Shown here: positions 1-12,448 of the stretch, in pieces | Layout of the letters: each line of letters begins with the position of its first letter | Numbering within the stretch: position 1 is the stretch's first letter | Assembly: GCA_021613535.1 (NCBI GenBank) | Contig: CP075496.1 | Location: 2,232,001-2,296,000, forward strand | Direction: 5' to 3' | Length of the DNA: 64,000 nucleotides | From: Adineta vaga | Taxonomy: Eukaryota; Animalia; Rotifera | Notes under the pieces: generated by a model | Told to the model about the DNA's origin: nothing | What the model saw: only the letters and a program-made list of their open reading frames with translations | Databases searched by the model: none | Translations under genes and position numbers: made by a program

Positions 1-142
1 TTCTTCTCTTTCTCCTCTTCTGTCTCTCTCCCTCTCTTCTCTATTGAACATACATTTATAAAAAAACAACTTCGTTAAACTGGACAACCATTTTTCTTCA
101 TCAATCGAAAAAGATAAAAATATCTCTCAACATGATACATCT

Positions 143-2716
143 ATGAATACATTATCCGATCTTGATCATTGGCTTCATATGAGTACTTCAGCTCGTAGTT
201 GGAGTTTTCTAGTAAGGTAAGACAATCAATCCTATTCATCATTTGAATAGCTGCAAATCGTTAGAAATAGACGCGCTCGTTCAAAGAAATTCATATATTG
301 TTTATCAGTTGAACAAACATAAATGAATGAATGAATAGGAAAGAAAACCGTTAGAAAGAATGCTTCTGTTTTCTACTTGATTAAACATGAAAAATGAATT
401 TTAGACGAACACCTCGACGTAAACTGGTCTATTCTTCAAGTGATGAAGATATCGATCATAGTCCAAAAAAGATATCTTCAGGTAAAAAGAGATAAATCAT
501 TTTTTTTTCTATATCATTTGTCTTTTTCTTTTCAATAGTGGATATCCTCCGGCAAGAATATCAAGATGAACAGTAAGTGTTCTCTTCATTTTTTTTTGAT
601 GTTCAAGCAGTGAAGTGGATTGTCTGAATATTAAACAATCCACCCTATGGTTTACGATAGAATCGTTTGACTTGATTTATGACTGACAATTCGATGGCAC
701 TCAAGTGTAGAAGGTGTTCGTTCGACCGTTGACATTTTTTTTGTCTCTCTTTCAAACGATTTTTCTTCCTGATGTAGTTATCGACTAGTGTCAACTTTCA
801 TCAGACGAATCGTTTCTTTCTTTCTTTTTTGTTGTAAATGGATGGGTGCCACCCTGCTATTAGCAGATAGACAACAAAATGATAATCTTATTGTATATAA
901 CAGCGGTGAGCTAAGCCGATTTCCAGTCGTTATTTGCTTTTTGTCAACAAATGAAACTGTTAAAGAAAGTTCAGACAAGAAATGAATCTATATGTTCTCT
1001 TTCTTTTTCTAGTTTGTCAATACGATCTTTTTCAACAGATATCGTTACAACAAGACCAACACGTTCAAAATTAGAACATTACGGTTTCAAACAAGTTCCT
1101 CGTCCTACATCCTTACGTAGTAATAAACGACAAACAATTCTTAAAGAAAATAAAACGAAAAAAGTTCGTCTCAATGAAATAACACCGAATAAACCATCTC
1201 GTCATCCAATGCAAACACGATCCCAATCGACTTCGGTTTGTTTTACTACACATGCATGTAGATGAGAACATCATAGAATGAATATTGTTATTTTCTTAGG
1301 ATTCTCATTCGGAACAATTGATTACATTATTTGATAAAACTCTTTCAACAGTGACACCAAATCGAAATGAAAATGACGATGATGATGAAAATCTTTCGAG
1401 TCGAAATCGACAACGACGATTAAGACCACTTCCTCTTTGTTTATCTGATAATGAAAAGAATATGCCAGTTTTAACGGTTATAACAATAGAAGAAAATTCC
1501 AATATGAATGTATGAAATCATTTTCGATTTTTTGTCATCGAATGATCTATCGTTGTTTTTTCTTTCTTGTAGAAACGTCTTCATGATGATGTTGATGATG
1601 AAAACAGTGACAATTATCGATCAATAAAACGTACTAAAGTTATCGATGAATATAATAAAGAAAATGATTTAATTATCAATCGTTCATCGATTGTAAAACG
1701 TTCACGTCGTGGAATTGGAGTAAGTCATATATTTGTCTTCGAAATTCAAAGAATTTTTATTCATTTCTTTAGTTAATACGAAGTTTAACTGAACCACATG
1801 AAGAACAAATCAAAGCATCAGTTGAACTCGCTTCCAATCGTGATTTAATTGGTGATCGTTCGAATACATACTGTTTACCACGTTGTAAAAGTCGTAAACA
1901 TCCTGATCTTGCTTGTATCAGTCCTGAAACAGTAAGATCACCCGTAAAAAGTCGATATTATTTCAATAAAAACATCTCTCTCTCTATTCAGATGGTCAAT
2001 ATCTTAAAAAATATGTATTCATCAGAAATTGAAAATTTACATATTATTGATTGCCGATATCCATATGAATATGAAGGTGGTCATATTCAATCAGCAAAGA
2101 ATCTTTTTACACGTACACAAGTATATAATGAATTTTTTCGTAAACCAATTCAATTGAAAGATCCAACGAAAAGAAATATTATTATTTTTCATTGTGAATT
2201 TTCATCGGAACGTGCACCATCACTGTAAGTTGATTGATTGTTCTTTTAATCAAATGATTTATTCATCAATTTCTTTTCTCCGTTATAGTTTAAGATATTT
2301 TCGTTCAGAAGATCGAACTATTCATGAAGGAACTTATCCGGAATTATATTATCCTGAAATTTATCTCCTCGAAGGTGGTTATAAAGCATTCTATGAATAT
2401 TCAAAAGTAAATATTCATCTTATTTAAATGAAGAAAAGAAAAGTTATATTCGTTTTTCTTTTTCTAGGAATTTTCAATTCCGGATCAATATCGAACAATG
2501 ATTGATGTTGATTATCAAGAAGAATATCGACAATATCGTTGGGAAACGAAACAATATGATAAATTTACAGGTACAAATGAGAGAACTGGTGGTGGACGAC
2601 GAACACGTATATCAACATTTCGTTCTTGTCTTTCGTTTTCTTCACAACCTGTTCAATGTCGTTCCACAAATATTCGCTATGATCTTCGCTATACAGGTTC
2701 ACCACCTCAATCATAG
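143..2716 (+). CDS. CDC25: Cdc25/string M-phase inducer phosphatase (multi-exon)
   Basis: Rhodanese-type catalytic exons: IIDCRYPYEYEGGHI, active site FHCEFSSERAP, YPELYYPEIYLLEGGYKAF, upstream LIGDRS..YCLP motif. Start ATG 143 and the 5' exons are inferred from GT-AG pairs; stop TAG ends at 2716. Confidence 0.93.
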
Positions 2717-3039
2717 AATTTTTTTTCTCTTTTATTCTACATCATATTGATGAATTGATATGATACAAAAATACCCAAGATTTTTCTCCTTCTTTCTTTC
2801 TTTCTTTCTCTTTTTGTGTGTGTGTATATTCTCGTTACTCTTTGTTGAGTATTTCTCTAATATTGCTTTGACTTGTGTTATGTTGAAATTCATTGTTTTC
2901 CCTTTTTTTTCCTGCTCTTTGAATGGTATTGAAGATTGATGAGACTGTTTTTATGAATTGTTATTTTTATATATTAGACTAGAGAGAAGAAAAGGTTCAT
3001 TTTTTTTGTTTTCTTGCTTGTATACGAAAAGAAAAACAT

Positions 3040-3057
3040 ACACACACACACACACAC
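3040..3057. repeat. (CA)n microsatellite
   Basis: acacacacacacacacac, seen directly. Confidence 0.8.
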
Positions 3058-3357
3058 GATAAACAAGGAAAATTGTTCTACTTATACATATATTTTTTTT
3101 TGTCTCTTGTTGTTATCTGCGTAATTTTATAGAAAAAAAAACTTGACCCAAGAATATATATCATCATGTACTTAGAGTTTATAGTCTTTTTCTTTTTTTA
3201 CCTTCAATAGTCGTCAAGTGCAAGGATAAAACTGATGTAAAACGATTAGTAAAGACTGTCATCTGTCATCAGTTAGTAATATAAAGACACAATATATATA
3301 CATATATATTCCGAATATGAAATAACGCATACAAAATTGTTTCTTTCAACGATAACA

Positions 3358-4236
3358 ATGACATTTCTTGTCTTTAGTTTTGTCCTTTTCAATCTTGGAT
3401 TGAAATCTTTCTGTGAAGATCTTTATCCAAGTTATAATCTATCCTTTGATCCTATCAAAGCTCTTGAATGGTCAAATGATCGTGCGTTAGCCTATATCAT
3501 AACACTTCGATTATTCGATTATGATCATCATGTATTTCAATATCGACGTTATCCATGTCAATATTTTTATACCGATGAAATTCAATTAAATTATAATAAT
3601 GAAACAAATCATGAATGTGTTTATAATACAACAACAAATGATTACGAATATAATTTTCAACTTCATCTTGATTCTCGTCATATTGAACCGTATATTCTTC
3701 GTAATATAGCAATACAATGTAAATATCTTAATTGTAGTTTATCATTATTAAATATGAAATATATTCGCATCGGTTGGAATCTACGAGGACGAGATATTAA
3801 TCTCAATTGTTCATTTGATACGTCACAACATTATAATATTCATGATGCACCATACAAATTAACAGAATGGATTTCACTTCGATGTCAATCATTGGATGCA
3901 TGTCGACGTTCAAAATATAATCTTGAACAAGCATTACTATCGAATATTCATATTGTTTATGGTTCATCTTATGAACTAGATACACCTTATTGTTCATTAG
4001 AAAAAAGTCTTGCTTATGTCATGGAAACGAATTTTGCAGAAACGAATCGTTTACTTGAAAAATTAGTTGAATTACTTCAACGTGGTTTTGGTCGACCAGA
4101 TGAACGTGAACAAATACATATGAAAGAATTTATTGAACAAAAATGGCTGCATTCAGATCATCCATTAATTACAAATACAACAGCTATAGCTGGTGAAGTT
4201 CAAGGTACTTTCAATCAAACAATAAAATCTATTTAA
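3358..4236 (+). CDS. Uncharacterised secreted Cys-containing glycoprotein (single long ORF)
   Basis: About 290-aa ORF from ATG 3358 with a hydrophobic signal-like N-terminus (MTFLVFSFVLFNLGLKSFC), several N-x-S/T sequons and Cys residues; AATAAA near 4286. No family recognised. Confidence 0.6.
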   Translation: MTFLVFSFVLFNLGLKSFCEDLYPSYNLSFDPIKALEWSNDRALAYIITLRLFDYDHHVFQYRRYPCQYFYTDEIQLNYNNETNHECVYNTTTNDYEYNFQLHLDSRHIEPYILRNIAIQCKYLNCSLSLLNMKYIRIGWNLRGRDINLNCSFDTSQHYNIHDAPYKLTEWISLRCQSLDACRRSKYNLEQALLSNIHIVYGSSYELDTPYCSLEKSLAYVMETNFAETNRLLEKLVELLQRGFGRPDEREQIHMKEFIEQKWLHSDHPLITNTTAIAGEVQGTFNQTIKSI

Positions 4237-4441
4237 AAGTCTATATAAATTTTAACTGACTGATTTCTGTTTTTCGTCATTTTAAAATAAAATTGAAAAC
4301 ATGTTATGCATTTGAGTGACATCTATGAGTATAAATCTTGATTTGATCGTAAAGGATATTTTTAGGTTTAGAAGAAATTGGTACGATTATTTTTTACTAT
4401 TCTTATCATAAACTAGTTGTGCACTTCTTGACACAAGTAGA

Positions 4442-7400
4442 ATGGCTTCGTTAATTAAGAATCAGATTATCAAACGTTTATCGAAGTAAATCTTCATCAA
4501 AATCTTTTTTTTGATTCTTATTCATTTCTTTCCTAGATTTGTAAAAAATCTTTCAACGAATCAAATTCATTTAAGTGCATTAAAAGGTGAAGGAGAATTA
4601 TTATCGATTGATTTAGATGAACAAGCTCTAGAAGATGTGATTGAATTACCAACATGGTTAAAAATTCAAAAAGCAACATGTGGACGAGCTTTTATCAAGG
4701 TAAAAACCATCTTAACAATGATCTGATGTTTTTCTTTTAATTGAATTTTTTCAGATTCCTTGGACAAGTTTAAAAACATCACCCATACAATTAGTAAGAA
4801 TTTAAATCGATTTTTTCACGATACAATCATCATTTTTAGCAATTAGATGATGTAACCATTGAAATTGAAACATGCGAACAACTTCGCGATTTACATAACC
4901 CATCTGATCCAACAAATACAAATGATCCGTAAGATAGATAGCTTATTTAGTCACTTCTTTTCTCCATATAACGAATCTAGTTTATTGGGGAAATATGGTT
5001 TTACTAATCGTGTAATTGATGGAATTTCATTAACAATATCCAATTTAACATTTGCTATTAAAGCTCAAGGTTTTAAAGCATCAATATTTGTAATTTTCAA
5101 ACTAACATCTCTTCCATTCTATCAATTAAAATTCGATTTTTCTTCTTCTTTCTAGTTGCCAAGTTTAGATATCTATAGTATAACACCTTATGGAAAACGA
5201 GTTGATACATTAAATTTAACTCGTCTTCGCAATTCTGCAAAGGATCATATTCTTCTTTTTAAAGTAACATTGAAATAATTTCGACATTCTTTCTTATTCT
5301 GTTTTTTTTCTACAAAAGGAAATTTCTTGGCAAAATGCGCGTATTGAAGCATCAGCTAATGATAATAATAATACGGCTGCGGCAGCGATACGTCTGATCG
5401 CTAATGCATGTCGAATAAGAATTTCTATGAAGAAAAATCTTCAAGGTAATTTTCATGTTTATTGAAGAAGAAAACCTGATCCTTCGACATATTTAGATAG
5501 TACAATGGTAACATCAAGAGTTATGATTCATTTTGATGATCTTCTATCGGTTGTTAATGATGCTCAACTCAAATCAGCTTTGAATACTTATAAGGAAATT
5601 ACACAATTAATGAAACGTGCATCAGAACAAAGAAAACGCAAAGCTGGAGACAAATTAACTGTAAGTCAAATATTCAGTTTTAGACCTGTGTAAAAAAAGA
5701 AGGAAATGAATGTCAATATTATCTGATTTCTTTTTATGACAGGATGTTATAAACAGGAAATGAGAAACCTAGAACACAGATAAGATTTTTACAATGGAAG
5801 GAAAAGTTTATGATACTAATAGTCATGTCTTTATCTATCGATTAGAAAAAACAAGAAGATTAGGTGGAAAACTAATCGGATGTATGATAAGATAATTAAT
5901 GAAATAAATTTAATCATGGTTTTTATATTCAGCTCGTTAATACTCAAATCATTCCCATAGCGAACGATAAATGCAATTAATGTGATTTGATTTTAAGCGA
6001 TATGACTTTCATCATCTTTAAAATTCCTATAGAAATAATTATTTTCGATAATTTAGAAACTAGAACAACAACAAACACCATCAACATTTCAACCAAAAGC
6101 ACCAAGTACAGGTCTAAATGATCCAATAAGTCTTGCTAATTCTACAAATAATCAACAAAAACCGAATGATCCTTTCGAACATTATGATGTGGTGGAAACA
6201 TCATTACATTTCAATGTCAAACGATTAGATTTACATATCATTGCTGATTCTGAAATCCTCAGTACGTATAAATCCCATTCTAAATCTTTTAAAAACCAAA
6301 ACATTATTCACTTCTCTCAGAATCTCATCTTCGATTAATGATGAGTAAGATCGATGTTGTATTCTTGTTGTTCATATATCGTTTTTGAATCAATATAATC
6401 TATTGTTATCCTTTCTTCGCAGGTGATCGTATTGCTGAAAGTGGTGCACTTCAATTGACAATTGCGAATTTATCAATTGATCATTATCCGTATCATAAAT
6501 CAGATTCATCAAAAAAACATTGGATAAAATATAGTGAAATGTTAGCATTAAATCGTGATGAATGGATTCAACAGTTACGAGAAGAATGGAATGAACAATT
6601 GAATTCCGCAAAAAGTGATGCAGCAAGTGATGAAATGTGTAAGGTTTATTTTGTTTGCTGTTTTTTTTTCTACGAAAAACGTTCTTTTCTTAGCAATGAA
6701 ATTAGAAAAAGCTCTTCGAACAAATCGTATTTGTTTATTTGAATCTTGTACGGTTTTAAATATTGATGATTTGGTTTTTTATCCTGTTTCATTAAATAAT
6801 AATAAAGAACAGAAACGTCGTCGACCATTGATCACATCCGATCGAACACAATATCAATTACCTGAATTTCTTGGTGTTATTAATATTCAACATACAGAAT
6901 ATTATTATCCATTACCTTATTCATTTCCTGGTAATCAGTTTCTTTCTTTCTTTCTAATAATCATCATCTGTATACACATTTTTATATTTCTCTAGTTCCA
7001 AATAGTGATTTATATATACAAATAATGCCGATCGTAATGCGCATAGATTTTGCGACATCAAGTTGGCTTGATGCTTTTATTTCATCATTATCATTAACAA
7101 TTGTAAGAATGACATCATTCGAATTCAAGAAACATTATCTTCGATTTATTTTTAGGATAATTCAGGAGTCTTGAAAAACGATCAACCAAGTTTTGATCTC
7201 GAACATGTAGCTATCAAAGTAGATGCTATGCTACCACGAGTATGAAAAGATTGGATTTCTTTTTGTTTTTCGTTATCTATGATGAATGGATTTAGATTGT
7301 GGTTAGTTCAGATATATTTTCTGGTGCTTATCAATTAAATGAAGCTAAACATGAAGATAATCCTCAACCAGATATTTTAGAACGTAAAGAAGTATTAAAA

Positions 7401-9812
7401 CAAGAAAAACTTGAAATACTGGAATTGAATATTTCCAAAGTATTGATTACGAATTGTCGAACGGGTTCCTCAAGTAATCGAACAAATTTGGAAAAACATA
7501 TTGAATTATTTAAAAATGGAAATTTTTTTCAACAAAATCAATGGCCATTATCGAATGATCAAAGAAATGCATCAAGAATCAGTCCATTGTTTGAAAAACA
7601 TCCCTATGATACGTATTTATTTAATAATCCATTAGCAAAAAAATATGGCCGAACGTTACCCGAACCACAATCAGCAAATGCAGCATTGCACTCATTTTAT
7701 ACAATGACAACAGATTCATTGAAAAAAGTAATAGGAATTATCTCCCTCGTTCTATATTGACTTTGTTTTTCTGTTCATTTTAGGCTGCAAAATATGATAT
7801 TTGGCATTTTAATGCTGAAAGTATTTATATGGATTTTACACCTGCATCACCATCGGAATCTGTTCGATTAGCTAAACAAAATATGACAGATACATTTTCA
7901 ATCTCAGGTTGGGCTGTACTTGATGAAAAACAAAATGGTAATACTCGTCAATCTATATAAAATATTCGAACCGTCTTTCTTTTCTCTCTTACTTCTTTTA
8001 GCGGATTCTACTCCATCACCGTGGGCTAATATTCTCAGTGTTCTCGAAACACCATCAATGTTAAAGATTTCTCAAAAACAATATACATTTCTTATGCATT
8101 TTGTCGATGAACTCGGTATATTTCTTGACGTTCTCGATCGAAATAAAGCACAAAGTCGTCTACTGAAACAAAAATTACAACCTAATTTATCAACAAATCT
8201 CTCTTCGAATGATACGAAAATAACCATTTGTTTAGTCTCACCAACAACATTTACTCTGTCTGTTATCGACGGTCTAGAAGATGCTATGATTAGCCTTTCA
8301 ACACCATTACCTCCTGCCATATTACCAGAACCTGAACTTGAACCAACTATGCGTGATAAATCCGAATCGAATGTTGTTGTCGATTTAGTAACAACACCAG
8401 CACCGATTGTTGCAAGTACAGCAAAAGTTGAACCATCATCACCATTGATAAATACAATCGAAAACAATCCAGCAGAAAACTTAAATAAAGGTTTTAATCT
8501 TCTTGCACAGAAGAAAACTAAAATTGAAGAAAATATTCAACGTGGATTAGATATTGCATCACGAAGTTCACGTGGTTCATCTCAAGTATCGTTAACAAAT
8601 ATGAATGATAATGGCGATGATACATCATCACAATGGGATCAATTAAGTGAAGATTTAGATGCTGATCTTGATCCAAGTTTATTAACTCATGAATTTGAAC
8701 AATCTCAAGAAGAAAAGGCAGCACGTATTGAACTTGATGATGATAGTCTTAGTTTAACAGAAAAACAAAATGGAAATAGTGTTGTCATTGGAACAAATGC
8801 ATTGGAATCAGTATGTTTTGTTTATTTATTGAGGAAAATAATAGCATGAAATTTTCGTTTATAATCTAGGTCAATGGAGTTTTTATTAAAGTCAATCAAA
8901 TCAATGTTTGTATAACTGAAGATGAAGAACAATCTGGTAAACCAATATATATTGCTTGTAGCGTAAAAAACGTACGTATCGATGAATTTCGTTCATTAAA
9001 ATTTGACTCAATTAAACCAAAATTATTCGATAATGAACGTCCTGGTATATTTTCTTCATACTTTTTTTCGAATCAGTTTACCTTAAATTGTATCATTTCT
9101 AGATGAATTCAATGATGCGAATGTTTTACCAGTTAATGTTCGTATTGATTTTCCTAAAGGTGAATCACCACCAATCGTTACTGTTAAAATCGAAGATCGT
9201 ACATTTGGTTTCACTACTCATTCTCTTGATATTATTCTTGAAAATCTCGAAGAAATACATACCAATGAAGAGAAACGTTTCCGCAAGAATCATTCACATA
9301 AATTCATTCCAATCGACGTTCATGTAAAGAATGTACAATTAGTACTCAAAGTACACTACAAACCTTTTCCTTCGTTTCTACATATAATCAATATTTGATT
9401 TCTAGTTAGCTCATGAAATTTCAACAACAGATGCAGTCGTCGAAGTTAAACCACCGATGAAAGTTAATATTGATCGTATGCATGTTCTTCGACAAATCGA
9501 TGGTGAAGTTATGATTCAAACATCGATGAATACAGGTTTAATTGATATAATTTATTCTTAGCTTGAATTTTTAATTTAGATTCATCTAAATCGCAATCGA
9601 ACTCAACGGATGTAGAAGAAAAAGTACGGCAAGCTGAAGTGATTCGACTTGAAAACGAACGACTTCGTTCGGAATTAAGTGCACAAAAGAAAGAAATTTC
9701 TGTCTTACGTGGTGAACGTGATAATTTAATGAATACAATTTCTAAACTCGATATTGAATTAACTCAAGCTGAACATCAACGTATGACTCAACAACAAACC
9801 GGCAAAAAATAA
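4442..9812 (+). CDS. BLTP3: Bridge-like lipid transfer protein 3 (UHRF1BP1/SHIP164-like), multi-exon
   Basis: Chorein-N start MASLIKNQIIKRLS|FVKNLSTNQIHLSALKGEGEL..LPTWLKIQKATC..IPWTSLKT resembles the UHRF1BP1 family; internal YGFTNRVIDGI and IDHYPYH motifs; C-terminal coiled coil; stop TAA 9810-9812. Confidence 0.9.
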
Positions 9813-9985
9813 ATTTATTCCTGTGATAGTTTATTTCATTCCTTTCTTTCCTTTAACAGTTGAGATTTTTTGGTGACGTAATGTTTTATTTTATTTATTC
9901 GAAATATTTTTAATCGTGCAAAAAATAAAAATCCATATTCAGTATACATATATATATATATATTATTGTTTTCAGATATTTAACC

Positions 9986-10777
9986 ATGGCAAATATGATT
10001 GATGATGAAGATGATCGTCTCGTTGACGCTGAAGATTCCAGTAGCGACGATGAACAACAAGAAAATGAAGAACAAACACTTGCGTTACCATCTGTTGCTG
10101 GTAGTGGAAAACGGAAACTTAAAAAATCGGAAATAAAACGAAATAAATTAGTTACTATTCAACCTGGTCTCATTCGTTTATCTGGTTTACCGTATGGATT
10201 TTTTGAACGTGAACTTTTTTCGTATTTCTCACAATTTGGTGATGTAACACGTTTGAAATTAATTCGTTCGAAAAAAACAGGTGCTAGTCGTGGTTATGCT
10301 TATATTGAATTTGAAGATGAAGATGTTGCACGTATTGCAGCGGAAACAATGAATGGTTATTTAATGTTTCGTTCATTAATTAAATCACGTGTTATGGATC
10401 GAACGAAAATGGATACAGAAAAATTATTCGAAAATTGGAAACGAGTATTTACTGTTAAAACACCCAAACAAAAACGAGTATCATACAATCGTTTGAAATC
10501 TGATGAACAAATGACGAAAAGTAATCAACGTCGTGCAAAGAAATTATTAAAACAACAAGCAAAATTAAATGCAGCTGGAATTAAATATGAATTAACAGAT
10601 TTTATTCCATTGAGTGCATTAAAACAGGATAAAGAAAATAAATCATCATCATCATCAACAACAATAACAAAGAAAACGAATGATGAAGGAAAATCTCAAG
10701 TAGAAAAAAAGATTAAAAAGAAAACAACACCAATGGCATCAGAAAAACCAACAAAAAAGAAAAGTGTAAAGAAATAA
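9986..10777 (+). CDS. NIFK: NIFK/MKI67IP (Nop15-like) nucleolar RRM protein
   Basis: RRM: LSGLPYGFFERELFSYFSQFGDVTRLKLIRSKKTGASRGYAYIEF..AAETMNGYLMF; acidic N-terminus and Lys-rich C-terminus. Confidence 0.9.
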   Translation: MANMIDDEDDRLVDAEDSSSDDEQQENEEQTLALPSVAGSGKRKLKKSEIKRNKLVTIQPGLIRLSGLPYGFFERELFSYFSQFGDVTRLKLIRSKKTGASRGYAYIEFEDEDVARIAAETMNGYLMFRSLIKSRVMDRTKMDTEKLFENWKRVFTVKTPKQKRVSYNRLKSDEQMTKSNQRRAKKLLKQQAKLNAAGIKYELTDFIPLSALKQDKENKSSSSSTTITKKTNDEGKSQVEKKIKKKTTPMASEKPTKKKSVKK

Positions 10778-11189
10778 GATAACTTCACTTGTTATTTTGT
10801 CTGTTTTGAAATAAAAATAAAAGATTAAACCATAACAATCAATGATATATCTCATACTTATATTCATTAGATTTAAAGTCTCAATTGGAGAATCATTTTG
10901 TTTTTTTTTCATCCAGTTATATCAGAAAAATAAAAGATTTCGTCAAAACTTGATTATTTCGTAGTATTAGTATGAAATGGTACATTGCTATTGAGTAAAT
11001 TGTAATAGACAGGTGCAAGAGATACCATACACATGGTAATAGTGTCTTTTTGGTGCATTAATCGCGTAGGTCGACACTAAAAAAACAATTAGAAGTCGAG
11101 ATAAGCATACTTTTAACTCAATGTCGTAAATAACGAATATTTTGAATCGATATGGACTTAAAGTCATGCTTAATCTTATCGGTCAACAC

Positions 11190-11197
11190 TATAAAAA
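11190..11197 (+). promoter_or_regulatory. TATA box of the intronless secreted gene
   Basis: TATAAAAA about 50 nt upstream of ATG 11243. Confidence 0.5.
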
Positions 11198-11242
11198 GGA
11201 ATGCAGTTGATAGATAATACTATTTCCAAGAGAAACAGAAGC

Positions 11243-12448
11243 ATGTCACAAGTTATGGTTTTAGATGGATTGATTCTCTGCTTTCTATTATCAATTGCTA
11301 GTTCTACGATCATTTATGGTCCTAGTTCTCAATATTATCCTTCTCGTACACCAACAATTGCTGAAGCACGTTTATTTGGTCCCAGTCAAAAGAAAATAGT
11401 TCCATTTGATGCCAAAGCTATTGAAGAAGCAGTAAATAGTTTTACTGATGAGCAAGTCAATCGTGGTGCGGTCGTCTTTGTTTTACCTGGAAGTGTAACG
11501 GGTATGGGTGCTGGTTCTCGGGCAACACCTTTTATTAAAAATATCGGTAAAACAGGTCGAACTCGTAAGATTTTAATTACTCCATTGAATGGTTGGGGTT
11601 CATGCACGTTCAATGGTAGTGTCAAAATTCAATCTTGTTATGGTGTAGCATTTGGTAACTTTAAGTTTGCTAGTGGTGATAAATTTGGTAATAAACGAGG
11701 TTTTCTTGCTCAAGATTGTACTGAAAGTTCTATATTCAATATGGCACCTTTGTCAACTTTTGGTGGACAAACAATCGACAATACACCTTCATGGGACATA
11801 GAATTTATCAATATAGTACTTCCAGATGGATTTCTTAAATATGATGCAGATAACAATGCTGATACAGCTTCATTTCGTACAGCTTCAAAAGGTCCCGCCA
11901 GTAATATTCGTTTTCGAGGATGTTATTTTGCTCCATCATTTCGTGAACTTGGTTCAAAAGCACATACTGATACATATCAATTCTCTGGTAATAGTGCATA
12001 TTCTGACATTCAGTATGAAAATACTGCTGTTTTCGGTAGTACAAATGCAGCACTTCAAGTTGGTGCCGCTGAAAATTATCGTCTTCTTCGTACTCTTGTT
12101 CTTGGTGGTAAAACAACATGTGCACGTTATCCTGTTCCTCCCGGTGCAGATGGTTACGCTGTCGGTTATGTTAATCCAAACGGAATGAATGGTGCAGCAA
12201 CAAATGCATCAGCTATTGATTCAATCATTATCGGATCGATTGGTTCCACACGTTGGGCATTTCAATCTGGTTCAAGTATTGCCTATACTCCTCAAGGTAC
12301 TCAACAACCTGCAACAGGATTAAAATGGAATGTTGATCCTTCATTATCCAATGTTGATAGAGCATGGATCGATGCACGTGTTCCTGTTCCTACAGAAGCT
12401 TATCTACAAAAAATCTTTGACGATGCTGGAAAATCGATCACCAATTAA
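11243..12448 (+). CDS. Intronless secreted protein, probable right-handed beta-helix (pectin-lyase-like fold); bacterial-like HGT candidate
   Basis: 1.2 kb intron-free ORF; signal peptide MSQVMVLDGLILCFLLSIASS; Gly/Asn/Ser/Thr-rich beta-strand coils (SNIRFRGCYF, HTDTYQFSG, SDIQYENTAVFGSTNAALQVG); AATAAA at 12543. Fold and origin are inferred. Confidence 0.75.
   Translation: MSQVMVLDGLILCFLLSIASSTIIYGPSSQYYPSRTPTIAEARLFGPSQKKIVPFDAKAIEEAVNSFTDEQVNRGAVVFVLPGSVTGMGAGSRATPFIKNIGKTGRTRKILITPLNGWGSCTFNGSVKIQSCYGVAFGNFKFASGDKFGNKRGFLAQDCTESSIFNMAPLSTFGGQTIDNTPSWDIEFINIVLPDGFLKYDADNNADTASFRTASKGPASNIRFRGCYFAPSFRELGSKAHTDTYQFSGNSAYSDIQYENTAVFGSTNAALQVGAAENYRLLRTLVLGGKTTCARYPVPPGADGYAVGYVNPNGMNGAATNASAIDSIIIGSIGSTRWAFQSGSSIAYTPQGTQQPATGLKWNVDPSLSNVDRAWIDARVPVPTEAYLQKIFDDAGKSITN

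Noticed and set aside
11201-11242. ATG 11201 as the start of the secreted gene
   Set aside because: It lies only about 4 nt after the TATA box and precedes the signal peptide; Met 11243 fits better
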